IMG/VR virus record: IMGVR_UViG_3300025727_000815
Span: 1-54,442 of that record
Strand: one strand, 5' to 3'
From: a virus
Taxonomy: Duplodnaviria; Caudoviricetes
DNA: 54,442 bases
This document shows positions 1-8,741 of this stretch, in pieces; positions within the stretch are counted from its first letter, which is position 1, and each line of letters opens with the position of its first letter. Made by a program: the position numbers and the translations under genes. The notes beneath the pieces are model-generated. The model worked only from the letters and a program-made list of their open reading frames with translations, was not told the origin of the DNA and did no database searches.

Positions 1-3000
1 ATCGTGTCTCTTTTCCAAAGGTATCAAGTCCACCACTTTCATCATACATTTCAAGATATAGTAAATCCATCTCCTTAAATATCTTTCGTTGAATATCTTT
101 CTGATTTCCATCTACATTTCTCCAACCCGATGGTGCTATTCTTAAAACATATTTAGTATTTATTTTATTTTTATCTAAAACTAATCTATCAAATTTATCC
201 CATATTTTGTTGTTTTTATTTCCAAATGGCCAGTTACCAAGTGTTACATCAAATCCTTTCATAAGAATCTCCTTAAATTTTTGAGATGGATTTAATACAT
301 CTTCATTAAAAATATTTTCTTCTGGAATACCTAAATTATATTCTTTGTTGATTTTTTTAAAAATCTTAACCATATATGGATCTATATCATTATAATAAAT
401 ATTAGATGTATCTACCTCAATACCTTTTTCTTTATACATTTCAAGTAAAGTTATCAACGAAGTTCCACGTCCTGCTGCTGGATCTAAAACTACTGGATTT
501 TCAATAACTTCATTTTCTAAAAGTTTTTCAATCATTATTCTAAATAACCAAATGGGTGTTGGATAAAATGAAGTATCTTCATCTTCAAGTTCTGGACTGG
601 CCAAAAGTTCTAATAATCCATTCAAACTTATATTATCTGAATTAATTTTATGAACCCACCGATTGAAATAAGAAATATCTATTTGATTTTTATCTAACAT
701 ATAATATGGAATTAATTCTACTCCCTTACCAATTCCGTCAAGTACATCACTATTATTTTCATTTATAGACTTTACAACGAACTCAACTCCTTCTTGTAAA
801 GTATTAAAATTCTCAAGATAACATAAAACTCGTACTTTAGAAAGATGTTTTTTTACCATATTACGATAAAATGTTACTTTATTTTTCTCATTCTTAAATT
901 CTTTTTCAAATAACTGTAATTGTTTAGATAAGATTTTCCTTTCAAGATCCTTTGCGTCTGTCATACCATTATCCACAATAACAACATCTTCAGATTGGGA
1001 ACTACTTGATTTAAATACTAAATCAAAATCATCTGGTACTTTTAATTCTTTAATACAACCACGAACTCCATAATTTCCCCTAACACTTAAAGCTTCTAAC
1101 CGAGATACTAAATCAGGAAAATCAAGTTTTTTCCAAGAATCATTTTCACCAGTAAATACATTATAGTTTTCAAGAACTCGTATCAAAACATCTTTGAAAG
1201 ATTCATCCTTTCCTCTCATCATTGATACCAACTGTTCAACTGATACATGAAGATTAATTACTTCATCTACACTTCCAATAAACACTCCACAATTTTTCTT
1301 CCCCTTAAATGGTCTTTTCACTCTACCAACTATTTGTTCAAACAATTTAATACTATCACCAATAGGTGCTAAAAAGATAACACTTCCCCATTGTGGAATA
1401 TCAGTTCCAGTTAAATACTTGGTACAAGTTAAAGTAAGAGTTGGTCTTTTATTCTCAACAGTAACTTCTTTAATCTTTCCAACATCACCATCTTCATATA
1501 CTTCTATAATATCTCTATCAGATGCCACTCCATTATCTTCCAATAACTTCATTAACTTTGGAATATAATCACTAACACCAACATTGTTTTGACCTGATGG
1601 AAGTCTCATAATTATATGTCGTTTTGCTTCATCACATAACTCTGGTGCTGAATGAATACTCAATCCTTCTACTTTACTATCAAATCCAATAGAACGACCC
1701 AATATTCTTTCAAAAATATAAACTAACGCATCACCATAAAGAAAATTTTCATTCTTATCCATAGTGGTAAATAACTTTTTCCAAGTCCAACCATTTACAT
1801 CATCTTCCCATTTACCATCCGCCTTTAACCTTACTAAAGTTTCTTTAATATCTGGTAATCCATAATAATTCATATCTGGATATTGACCATATGGCCCATC
1901 TGGATCTAAAATCTTTTCTCTACACAAATCATCCCAAGTAAATAGTGCCGTTTCTTCGGGTGAGAAATAAAGTTGATTATCTTCATTAAAAATATAATCA
2001 TATGGTGTTCCCGTAACTAATATTAAATGCTTTCTCTTTAATTCATTAATATTACTCCACATTTTATTACTGGGATTGGACAAAAATTTATGTGCCTCTC
2101 CAATAGACAAAATACCAATCCGTTCATCTAATCCTACATATATAGATTTTAATTTTTTACCAAAATCTTTGCCTTTTCTTTCAGTTAATCCCAAATCGTG
2201 GAAACTACCAAGTAAAAGAGGAACTTGTTCCTTTGTGTGTGTTGGTGGTATATCCCCCACCGTATCAACAACATTTACATTGTGTTTAAACCATATTTTT
2301 TGTCGGCGAGTAAGAATAGGGTAATAACTCTTTGTAAATTTTTCAACCATATATAGTTCAAATCTACTATAATCATAAAATTTACCTGTTATCTCATCTG
2401 TCATTCCCTTAACTTCTGTAAGTTCTTTGATTAATTCCATTATAGTAGATGGTACGGTTGCTACACCAACATGCAATGATGTTTCATCAATCTTATTCTC
2501 TTTCAACATTTTATCGTGTCGGTGAATTAAGAGAGTCAAGTTACTTGTTTCTTTACCCGAACCAGTACATCCTGCTATAAGAGATTTATCTGAACTATAT
2601 CCCTCATCCATTAATGAATCCATATATCTTCTCATACTATATATTTTAGATGGATTAATCAACACTTGTTTTGAAATTTCTTCCATCTTAGACACAAGTT
2701 TAAGTTCAATATCTTCTCTTGTTTCGTTTTCATCAAACTCAACTAATAACTCACGAGATGCACCACCTACATCATTTTTAATTGTACCTTTATAGTTTGG
2801 AAAAAGTGGTCTAATAAAATCGTCAAATTTGTCGTAATGATTTTTCGAACTATAACCTGCATCAATTGCTTGTTCAGTCATATCAACACAAAAAATTACA
2901 TTATTTGTATTAAGAAGTCCTCGGCCTTTGGCCAATGTAGAGTTTACAGCGTATTTAATCGCTTCATCTTTAGTTACACAAACGTGCTGTCCGGGTGCCT

Positions 3001-3136
3001 TTGCAACCCACTTTCCATTAAATTGATATAGAACTCCGTAAATCCAAAGTCTTTTATTATCTAACATATTATAATTTGTTTTACCATATTTTGGTAAACT
3101 TTCAATTGTAAGTGGTTTTGTTAAAGTATTATTCAT
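1..3136 (-). CDS. Fused SF2 helicase/ATPase + N6-adenine-type DNA methyltransferase (Type ISP/IIG-like restriction-modification protein); runs off the window edge
   Basis: Not in the ORF track. Manual translation from ATG at 3136 (MNNTLTKPLTIESLPKYG...). Motifs: GCTGSGKE (Walker A-like), LSIGEAH (2090-2110, Walker B-like), VTGTP, LTGTDIPQW, EQIVGRVKRPF, then FYPTP, VVLDPAAGRG (SAM binding) and DVTLGNWPF (224-250). GEAH and NWPF checked in frame with the start. Preceded by a promoter repeat. Confidence 0.85.
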   Translation of the reverse strand, partial: MNNTLTKPLTIESLPKYGKTNYNMLDNKRLWIYGVLYQFNGKWVAKAPGQHVCVTKDEAIKYAVNSTLAKGRGLLNTNNVIFCVDMTEQAIDAGYSSKNHYDKFDDFIRPLFPNYKGTIKNDVGGASRELLVEFDENETREDIELKLVSKMEEISKQVLINPSKIYSMRRYMDSLMDEGYSSDKSLIAGCTGSGKETSNLTLLIHRHDKMLKENKIDETSLHVGVATVPSTIMELIKELTEVKGMTDEITGKFYDYSRFELYMVEKFTKSYYPILTRRQKIWFKHNVNVVDTVGDIPPTHTKEQVPLLLGSFHDLGLTERKGKDFGKKLKSIYVGLDERIGILSIGEAHKFLSNPSNKMWSNINELKRKHLILVTGTPYDYIFNEDNQLYFSPEETALFTWDDLCREKILDPDGPYGQYPDMNYYGLPDIKETLVRLKADGKWEDDVNGWTWKKLFTTMDKNENFLYGDALVYIFERILGRSIGFDSKVEGLSIHSAPELCDEAKRHIIMRLPSGQNNVGVSDYIPKLMKLLEDNGVASDRDIIEVYEDGDVGKIKEVTVENKRPTLTLTCTKYLTGTDIPQWGSVIFLAPIGDSIKLFEQIVGRVKRPFKGKKNCGVFIGSVDEVINLHVSVEQLVSMMRGKDESFKDVLIRVLENYNVFTGENDSWKKLDFPDLVSRLEALSVRGNYGVRGCIKELKVPDDFDLVFKSSSSQSEDVVIVDNGMTDAKDLERKILSKQLQLFEKEFKNEKNKVTFYRNMVKKHLSKVRVLCYLENFNTLQEGVEFVVKSINENNSDVLDGIGKGVELIPYYMLDKNQIDISYFNRWVHKINSDNISLNGLLELLASPELEDEDTSFYPTPIWLFRIMIEKLLENEVIENPVVLDPAAGRGTSLITLLEMYKEKGIEVDTSNIYYNDIDPYMVKIFKKINKEYNLGIPEENIFNEDVLNPSQKFKEILMKGFDVTLGNWPFGNKNNKIWDKFDRLVLDKNKINTKYVLRIAPSGWRNVDGNQKDIQRKIFKEMDLLYLEMYDESGGLDTFGKETR

Positions 3137-3194
3137 TTTATTATACATTTATTAATTTATTAATTGTTAATTTATCTCTCATTTCTTATACCTA

Positions 3195-3224
3195 AATATA
3201 ACACTAAAAAGCTATATAAGTCAA
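3195..3224 (-). promoter_or_regulatory. Sigma70-like phage early promoter TTGACT-N18-TATATT
   Basis: agtcaa at 3219-3224 and aatata at 3195-3200; member of a 10-copy family. Confidence 0.8.
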
Positions 3225-3313
3225 GCCTTTTTTTAATTAAGTTATCGGGCCTCGTTTTGATTTTCGAATGCTTTACCACATTCATCACATTGATATTTTT
3301 TATTTTTCATAAC

Positions 3314-3856
3314 TTACAATCCCAAATTATTTACATCAATATTGTTAAATTGTTCTAATGGTGTTATATCATAAAAATTAACTAAGTCTTGTTCTGGAAC
3401 AAAAAATTGTTCACCTTGTGGATTATATCTATTGGGTATATTTACCTTTTTAGAATTAATTAGATCTGGTCCTTTTATTATAGCCATTCTAGTTTGTGGT
3501 CTATTGATATGTATATAAAGTGATGACGGTCTATCGGAGAAGTATTTATATTTTCTGATAGGTGCTCTAAGTTGCCAGACTCTAGAATCAACCAATCTCA
3601 ATTCAGCTTCTATATAGATAGTAGATTGAGAAGAAGGTTGTGGATTTAATACAGTAGGTGTAGTAGTTATAACACCAGCAAGATCTATATCATACATTCC
3701 AAAAGGATCATCTGTTATATTAGATATAGTGGGTAAGATAATAGGTAAATGATATTTAATAGTTTCTCTAGCTATCAAATCACACGTTGATCCTTTATCT
3801 TGATTCTCTTTATAGTATTGACGCCAACCGTTGGGATTGATGTTACTTGGATTCAT
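3314..3856 (-). CDS. Hypothetical protein, possible PD-(D/E)XK-like nuclease fold
   Basis: 180-aa ORF with DPFGMYDIDL...IYIEAELR resembling D...E-x-E/K nuclease motifs. Confidence 0.45.
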   Translation of the reverse strand: MNPSNINPNGWRQYYKENQDKGSTCDLIARETIKYHLPIILPTISNITDDPFGMYDIDLAGVITTTPTVLNPQPSSQSTIYIEAELRLVDSRVWQLRAPIRKYKYFSDRPSSLYIHINRPQTRMAIIKGPDLINSKKVNIPNRYNPQGEQFFVPEQDLVNFYDITPLEQFNNIDVNNLGL

Positions 3857-4001
3857 TTAAAAATTTCTTTCTTTGATTTTTGATTGGTGACGATACACAA
3901 GAGGAACAAATTACACTAATTGCTTTATCTCCTATGTTGGTTACTTTATTTCCACATCGGGTACATTTGAGTGATCGCTTTAAACTTTTTTTCTTTTTCA
4001 T
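3843..4001 (-). CDS. Small basic zinc-ribbon protein (52 aa)
   Basis: Manual translation MKKKKSLKRSLKCTRCGNKVTNIGDKAISVICSSCVSSPIKNQRKKFLNESK; two CxxC pairs; AAGGA upstream. Confidence 0.65.
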   Translation of the reverse strand: MKKKKSLKRSLKCTRCGNKVTNIGDKAISVICSSCVSSPIKNQRKKFLNESK

Positions 4002-4020
4002 ATGTGACTATTTCCTTTAT

Positions 4021-4206
4021 TCATTTATGTTTATCCATCATAATACACCAGTTGATATAACGGTTGAAATCTCTAATAAATCTTATCGGATGTAATAATA
4101 TATAAATGTAATAACGAGATCCATACATAGTATATAGACGTAGGTGTATATAAGATGGACGCAGTAACCACTTAGATATAGATAATAACATTTTAATTCT
4201 TTCCAT
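4021..4206 (-). CDS. Hypothetical protein
   Basis: 61-aa ORF tiling with its neighbours. Confidence 0.45.
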   Translation of the reverse strand: MERIKMLLSISKWLLRPSYIHLRLYTMYGSRYYIYILLHPIRFIRDFNRYINWCIMMDKHK

Positions 4207-4363
4207 TGATTAATCTATTGAGTGATAATAATTTGTTAACTATGATGGTTAATATTACAGAGATAAAAACATCTTCATAAGGTAACGCATCAGGGAATGT
4301 ATAATTCCAACCGGTTAGTAATATGACCCATATAGCCCAAATAACTTTTTGATTAAGATTCAT
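4193..4363 (-). CDS. Small two-TM membrane protein
   Basis: Likely start MNLNQKVIWAIWVILL; two hydrophobic segments; the track's longer start overlaps the upstream gene. Confidence 0.55.
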   Translation of the reverse strand: MNLNQKVIWAIWVILLTGWNYTFPDALPYEDVFISVILTIIVNKLLSLNRLINGKN

Positions 4364-4547
4364 TAATTTTTTTATAAACCTCTTTAACTTTATCACTACA
4401 ATATGTTTTATATATAGAGGGTATAAGCCCGTGTAATAATGCTGCAATGACAACTTTAGTAAATGTGTAAGCAAACCACAAAGCAACTTTCATATGTGAA
4501 AGGTAAGTTAAGTCGTGTTGATTTAAATGTTGTTTAATACTTGTCAA
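4353..4547 (-). CDS. DUF6356-like small protein
   Basis: HL...TY.SHM..AL...HGL.P pattern recalled for the family. Confidence 0.6.
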   Translation of the reverse strand: MTSIKQHLNQHDLTYLSHMKVALWFAYTFTKVVIAALLHGLIPSIYKTYCSDKVKEVYKKINES

Positions 4548-4786
4548 GCCTTTTTTTCACTTTTGTTCACTTCTTCCAGTATATCTTCAAATTCTGCGCG
4601 GTACTCCTCAGGAAAGGATGGTGAGAGCACTACTTCATATTTTTTATCCTTCTCAACTTCTTTCTCATCATTTTTATCCTTCTCAACTTCTTTCTCATCA
4701 GATACCAAGACTCCCCCCTGTGAATCAAATAAATCGCAGAGTTTAGCGATTTCTTCTTCAGTCCAATCTTTATGTATATAACTCAT
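4544..4786 (-). CDS. Small acidic protein, C-terminus paralogous to 6791..7135
   Basis: AGGAG RBS; shared EKDKKY.VVL.PSFP.EYR..FE.ILE; internal DEKEVEKDK duplication. Confidence 0.7.
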   Translation of the reverse strand: MSYIHKDWTEEEIAKLCDLFDSQGGVLVSDEKEVEKDKNDEKEVEKDKKYEVVLSPSFPEEYRAEFEDILEEVNKSEKKA

Positions 4787-5289
4787 CTATTATCTCCTTA
4801 TTATATATTATATTATTCATATATGCTTAATTGTTTATAGTGTTTGATAGTATGATTACCATAATGAATGATATTACTTGGAGCAATACGCATCCTTCCA
4901 CATCTGTTATCTCGTAACAGAAGCTCATTAGATTATATACTGCTCCAAGTTATTCATAATTCTTTTTAGTGTTTGATACTAGCTTACCCACCTGGGTAAC
5001 AACTAATATCAATCCCTTAGGTATAATTTTTAACCCCCGTATATTTGTCAGCCAGGCGCCTGTCAAAATGTCATACGCTGTAGGGTAAACGGCTTAATGG
5101 TGGGGGTAGCGTTCAAGCTAACTTCTGTAGAGATTCTATATGACAATATGTCACATTTGGCCAATATGGGGATTTTCTGCTATGGACCCTACTACTATCC
5201 ATAGATATCCTACGAACATTATAAATAAGAAGGTTAGTGTTTCTTTGATTGACCTTATATAGTTATTAGTTTGCATTTTATTTTTTACC

Positions 5290-5538
5290 TTAAGCTTTCG
5301 CAATTATAAATCTTGAGTCCATTTCTTTTCCTTGATGGTCTATTATGAACTGTATAAAATGAACCATCAACTCATACTTGTCATCTTCTGATACAGTAGA
5401 GGTATTGATCTTCTTTCCATCTTGGCGCTGTAACATACCCTGTTTGATGGCATCTCCTATAATGATATCGATGTTGTCTGCATCGAGTAACACATATTGT
5501 TTATCGTTATATACTTCTTCTACTCTATGATCTTCCAT
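5290..5538 (-). CDS. Hypothetical protein
   Basis: 82-aa ORF with protein-like composition. Confidence 0.6.
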   Translation of the reverse strand: MEDHRVEEVYNDKQYVLLDADNIDIIIGDAIKQGMLQRQDGKKINTSTVSEDDKYELMVHFIQFIIDHQGKEMDSRFIIAKA

Positions 5539-5619
5539 ACTTGTATTTCCATTGCATTTTATTATTTACCTATTATTAATCTTTACACCAAAATTTTTGA
5601 CAGACTAATAATCAACTTG

Positions 5620-6420
5620 ATGTATGACACCGGCCTGTCAGCGGCTACCATCAGTCGGATGGGGTATCTAAATCTTTGAGTAGTGAGGAGCCAGAATTCA
5701 TATTGTTGGATATTATCGCTCGCCACTTCATCATTGTTTCAACACTACTCTAAGTCATGTGGTGTCGTGGTTTTCTAACGATTCAAGTCAAACGACTACC
5801 TCTCAGTCAACACCAAAATTTTGGTGATGTTTGTTTTTAAGGAGTAACATCACCACGAAAACTCACTGCGATTTTAGTTTTCATTTAAGTGTAAACTAAC
5901 CTCTAAGGTGAAAAACACTAATTAGGGATTCCAGTAGCCTTTGAAGTTATCTTTGGACTGTCAGTAGTCTTATACAAGTTCCGCGGAACCCTTTTAACTT
6001 TAATCCCTAAAGTTGTGGAAAGGTAAGGACTCGAACCTTACAGAAGCTTTCAATCGGTATGTTAGATTGATTAGTCTAACACCCTACTTACTCCACCATT
6101 ATCTCGGTTGGATTATCATTCCAACCTTAACGACATACATTCCTAATTTTTGAGAGTTCCAAATTGGTAGTCACTCACAACCCACCAGGTTTCCAAATAT
6201 GTAGTCAACCCTAACCCACAATTCTTTGGGATGGAAATAGTAAAAAAAACCATCCCTTTGCTTTTAACTGGTAATGAAAGGGTAACAACACCCGAAACAG
6301 TCAAAAGACTTTTAAAATCTTCATGTCGCTTTACGCCCTTTGCGACTTTTCACAATATCTCTCTATATCCCTTTTTTTGGGAGAGAGTCGGGCTTTATCT
6401 AATTCAATCTTTTTCTTTCA
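5620..6420 (-). ncRNA. Candidate large structured non-coding RNA or array of small structured RNAs
   Basis: No credible ORF; directly downstream of promoter 6434-6463; consecutive stem-closed domains (5678-5750, 5761-5814, 5822-5855, 5922-6010, 6015-6096, further hairpins to ~6390). Confidence 0.6.
6015..6096 (-). other. tRNA-like element (T-arm plus acceptor-like end, no canonical D or anticodon arm)
   Basis: GTAAGG-TTCGAGT-CCTTAC followed by CTTTCCAC; GTGGAG at 6091-6096 can pair with the 3' end. Confidence 0.5.
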
Positions 6421-6433
6421 TTTCTTATACTAT

Positions 6434-6463
6434 AATATAAGCCTAAATACCTATACGAGTCAA
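6434..6463 (-). promoter_or_regulatory. Early promoter TTGACT-N18-TATATT
   Basis: Exact hexamers, 18-nt spacer; faces the structured non-coding tract. Confidence 0.8.
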
Positions 6464-6481
6464 GCTTTATTTTATTTATTT

Positions 6482-6709
6482 TTAAATTAACTCAAATTTA
6501 TTGATGTTATCTTCGGTGAGTGATATATCTATATTACCATTACTCACTCCAGCCATGGGAGCTTCACCACCATCTTCGTGTGATTTAAGAGGGTTTAAAC
6601 CAAAGTCATGAATAACATTAGCTTTCTTCTCATCCTCGTTAACCACTATACCTTTAACAGTCAACCCATTCATTTTAAACAACTTTTCTAACAGTACTTT
6701 ATTTATCAT
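6482..6709 (-). CDS. Hypothetical protein
   Basis: 75-aa ORF downstream of promoter 6765-6794. Confidence 0.6.
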   Translation of the reverse strand: MINKVLLEKLFKMNGLTVKGIVVNEDEKKANVIHDFGLNPLKSHEDGGEAPMAGVSNGNIDISLTEDNINKFELI

Positions 6710-6764
6710 TTTTTTTCTTTTTTTCTTTATGAATATGATATTTATCTATCATTTCCTATACCTT

Positions 6765-6794
6765 AATATACAACATAATAGCTATATAAGTCAA
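6765..6794 (-). promoter_or_regulatory. Early promoter TTGACT-N18-TATATT
   Basis: The -35 box overlaps the TGA stop of 6791..7135. Confidence 0.8.
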
Positions 6795-7135
6795 GCTTTA
6801 TTTTCATTATCTTCTTTTTCCCAATCTTCCAGTATTTCTTCAAATACTGATCGGTACTCATCAGGAAAGGATGGTGCTAGCACTACTTTATATTTTTTAT
6901 CCTTCTCTGCCCCTTCATTCACATCAGATACCAAGTCATCCAAATCTACAGATTCTGTACCTGGATGTTCTATTACTTTTAAACACTCCCATATATAGTT
7001 AAATAACCCCATGTTATCCAGTAAATCACCATTAGGATTGATATCACCTGAGTAATTATTAACCAAGTCATTTATAAAATTCCTATCATATTCTGGTGAT
7101 GGGAATTCGTCTATTATATATTCATTTAAGTTCAT
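6791..7135 (-). CDS. Acidic hypothetical protein, paralog of 4544..4786
   Basis: Shared C-terminal ~40 aa at protein and nucleotide level. Confidence 0.7.
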   Translation of the reverse strand: MNLNEYIIDEFPSPEYDRNFINDLVNNYSGDINPNGDLLDNMGLFNYIWECLKVIEHPGTESVDLDDLVSDVNEGAEKDKKYKVVLAPSFPDEYRSVFEEILEDWEKEDNENKA

Positions 7136-7161
7136 TATTTATCTCTCATTTCTTATACCTA

Positions 7162-7191
7162 AATATACAACATAATAGCTATATAAGTCAA
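7162..7191 (-). promoter_or_regulatory. Early promoter TTGACT-N18-TATATT
   Basis: Near-identical to the copies at 3171-3230 and 6741-6800, including the leader. Confidence 0.8.
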
Positions 7192-7343
7192 GCTTTATTT
7201 TTCTTTTTTTCAAGTTTTTCATAGATTAGTTTATCTATAACCTTGTCATTTTTCCATTTGGTAGTTTTATCGTAACCAAAGTTGTGATAGGTAGTAGTAA
7301 AGTCTTCCAGTAGATCTTCAGTATTATTTAAGTTTGAGGACAC
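7188..7343 (-). CDS. Small hypothetical protein (51 aa, GTG start)
   Basis: Manual translation MSSNLNNTEDLLEDFTTTYHNFGYDKTTKWKNDKVIDKLIYEKLEKKKNKA; AAGGA upstream; stop lies in the -35 box. Confidence 0.5.
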   Translation of the reverse strand: MSSNLNNTEDLLEDFTTTYHNFGYDKTTKWKNDKVIDKLIYEKLEKKKNKA

Positions 7344-7626
7344 TTTTAAGTATTCCTTTAGTAACTTTTGTTTTATAATCGAAAACTTCTACTGGGAAGC
7401 TTCCATTAGATATACCTATCTCATCCACTATATTAGCAACTTTTAAAACATCTTCATCAGATAGTTTATCTACCCACTCATCTGTTACTTCATTTATAGG
7501 GGTACCGACATCATCTAAGTCGGTTGTTCCATCAGATAACAGTGGTCTAACCATTCCGTCAAGTGATGATAACACACAATCCACACTTTTTAGTGTGTAG
7601 ATTTGTTCTGTAAGTTCTGATTCCAT
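7324..7626 (-). CDS. Acidic hypothetical protein
   Basis: 100-aa ORF with AAGGAG RBS and promoter directly upstream. Confidence 0.75.
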   Translation of the reverse strand: MESELTEQIYTLKSVDCVLSSLDGMVRPLLSDGTTDLDDVGTPINEVTDEWVDKLSDEDVLKVANIVDEIGISNGSFPVEVFDYKTKVTKGILKSVLKLK

Positions 7627-7651
7627 CTTATTCTCCTTTTATTACTATAGT

Positions 7652-7681
7652 AATATACACACAAATATGTATACAAGTCAA
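7652..7681 (-). promoter_or_regulatory. Early promoter TTGACT-N18-TATATT
   Basis: Exact hexamers, 18-nt spacer. Confidence 0.8.
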
Positions 7682-7689
7682 GCTTTATT

Positions 7690-7842
7690 TTAAATTAATT
7701 TGGATGAGGTCATTCTTTTTATGACCTCAACCAACTTATGTCTGTTGACCCATTTGACTGGGTAACTGACGGTTGTAGATTTTACTAGACGACCACCGCG
7801 ATAAACGGTAGTCTGTATAGTATATTGTTTTATGGGATTCAT
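7690..7842 (-). CDS. Small basic hypothetical protein (50 aa)
   Basis: Manual translation MNPIKQYTIQTTVYRGGRLVKSTTVSYPVKWVNRHKLVEVIKRMTSSKLI; ATGA overlap with the upstream ORF; GGAG RBS. Confidence 0.55.
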   Translation of the reverse strand: MNPIKQYTIQTTVYRGGRLVKSTTVSYPVKWVNRHKLVEVIKRMTSSKLI

Positions 7843-8000
7843 TTAGACTCCCATCGATAGAAGCTTCTACCTTTTATGTGAAGGTTAGAACCTTTTTTAG
7901 TCCTTTTCCTACCATTATCCCATATTTTGGGAAGTTCGGAGGTTGAAAGGTTGAGTAGTTTCCTCACTAATAGAGGATTTCTTCTTTTTAAGTTAGTCAT
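7839..8000 (-). CDS. Small basic hypothetical protein
   Basis: Likely start MTNLKRRN with AAGGAG RBS. Confidence 0.6.
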   Translation of the reverse strand: MTNLKRRNPLLVRKLLNLSTSELPKIWDNGRKRTKKGSNLHIKGRSFYRWESK

Positions 8001-8166
8001 ATTGACTCCTTTGTTTATTTTAATTGGGGTTATTAGTTTAACAGGTGTGTAATTAGGTACCACTCTGGACCTGTGTCTCCCGGATTAGGGGCTACCTTAC
8101 ACCCGGGTATCCCCGGAGGTAAACATTTTTAACCAATTGACAATATATTAACTCATTATCTACTAT

Positions 8167-8196
8167 AATATACAACATAAATGGTATATAAGTCAA
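8167..8196 (-). promoter_or_regulatory. Early promoter TTGACT-N18-TATATT
   Basis: Exact hexamers, 18-nt spacer. Confidence 0.8.
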
Positions 8197-8296
8197 GCTT
8201 TATTTTGATTATTTGTCATTTTATTAGTCATTTGGTTCATTCTATACTATAATATACAGCGAAAATCCATTTATTTTGTCAAAAGTGGGTGCCAAT

Positions 8297-8335
8297 AGTG
8301 AGTAATATACTACTCAAGTGAGTAAAATACTACTC
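8297..8335. repeat. Two 19-bp direct repeats AGTGAGTAA(T/A)ATACTACTC with internal GAGTA/TACTC dyad
   Basis: Copies at 8297-8315 and 8317-8335. Confidence 0.85.
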
Positions 8336-8356
8336 GGTAGATACATTACAGCCAAA

Positions 8357-8378
8357 ATACAGTGACGATACAGTGACG
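8357..8378. repeat. Tandem 11-bp repeat ATACAGTGACG x2
   Basis: Copies at 8357-8367 and 8368-8378. Confidence 0.85.
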
Positions 8379-8658
8379 ATTAACGAAGACGTGACACTGG
8401 CTGTTGTCCAATGGAGGGAGATCAGCCGTACAGTGGTGCAAAGTGTCATATATAGGATATACTGTAGGATAATAGACGGATTCGTACTATATAGACGTAA
8501 GTTTATCACCAAATAGACTATATGGTATATCGAACAGTGATTTATATTCCGCGATCAGTATCCTGGGACAACTGTCAACCTAATTGAGACATCAACAGGG
8601 ACACGAAGGTCTTTTTAGAGGTCACGAGCTTATTTTTTTACAACAATGAAGAAAGTGC

Positions 8659-8688
8659 TTGACTCGTATAGGTTTTTATGCTTATATT
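8659..8688 (+). promoter_or_regulatory. Early promoter TTGACT-N18-TATATT on the + strand (only + copy seen)
   Basis: gcTTGACTcgtataggtttttatgctTATATT. Confidence 0.75.
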
Positions 8689-8741
8689 ACTACGTTTGAC
8701 CCTTCGGTGATGACATTCAGGCATTACCTTTCAACATACTT

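Noticed and set aside
4542-4547. TTGACA at the end of 4544..4786 as a promoter
   Set aside because: No matching -10 box at 17-18 nt
6015-6096. Canonical tRNA or tmRNA
   Set aside because: No D-arm, proper anticodon stem or fully matching 5' acceptor strand; no tag reading frame seen
8251-8282. Additional promoter copy TTGACA-N20-TATATT
   Set aside because: Spacer is 20 nt rather than the invariant 18; probably a degenerate copy
8330-8512. 60-aa - strand ORF in the non-coding stretch
   Set aside because: TTG start without an RBS, overlaps the direct repeats, atypical composition
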